Shown here one piece after another: positions 63,901-64,000 of a DNA stretch of 64,000 nt (its first letter is position 1; every line of letters starts with the position of its first letter). The translations under genes and the position numbers were made by a program. Source of the stretch: Malacoraja senta (taxonomy: Eukaryota); the NCBI GenBank assembly GCA_038087875.1, contig JAXLNO010000101.1, forward strand, positions 62,001 through 126,000. Reading direction: 5' to 3'. Below the pieces are notes generated by a model. It did not search any database and was not told where the DNA came from. It saw nothing but the letters and a program-made list of their open reading frames with translations.

Positions 63901-64000
63901 TTTTGCATTTTCGAATCATATCTCATTTGGGATTTTCAAAGCAAACCTTTCGGATTTTAAAAACAAACCACCTTTTGCATTTTCAAAGCAGACTATCTTT
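57928..64000. repeat. Satellite array block 5
   Basis: Same monomers with 1.4-1.8-kb higher-order repeats. Runs off the right edge. Confidence 0.98.

Noticed and set aside
1..64000. Hundreds of plus-strand ORFs, up to 669 aa, with HFQSKPFAFSKQTFCIFKANLL repeats
   Set aside because: They are translations of a stop-poor satellite. They are open in all three frames at once, mostly start at TTG, and monomer lengths are not multiples of three.
57928..64000. Telomeric repeat or rDNA/tRNA array
   Set aside because: No TTAGGG/CCCTAA runs and no recognisable rRNA or tRNA sequence.

Overview
Eukaryotic heterochromatin-like window, probably from a cartilaginous fish such as a skate or ray (inferred from the style of the CR1 3' ends). 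No host gene is visible. About 37 kb is one uniformly oriented satellite of 21/22/25-bp monomers (TTTTGCATTTTCAAAGCAAACC and ATTTGCATTTTCAAACCAAACCACC) with kb-scale higher-order duplications, and nearly all ORF-track entries are its stop-poor translations. The array is interrupted by nested retroelements. An L2 LINE (minus strand) has its 3' tail split by a DIRS tyrosine-recombinase retrotransposon, and this L2::DIRS cassette is tandemly duplicated at a 14,524-bp offset. The second copy received a near full-length L1 with both ORFs open and a target-site deletion. A third DIRS inserted independently into the satellite, and there is a 5'-truncated CR1. I found no convincing new multi-gene system. 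The best leads are DIRS integration through an ATTT core present in every consensus satellite monomer, recombinase lesions shared by independently inserted DIRS copies, a duplicated structured RNA-like unit between the L1 ORFs, a conserved splice-like leader in DIRS, and a templated-inversion deletion junction.
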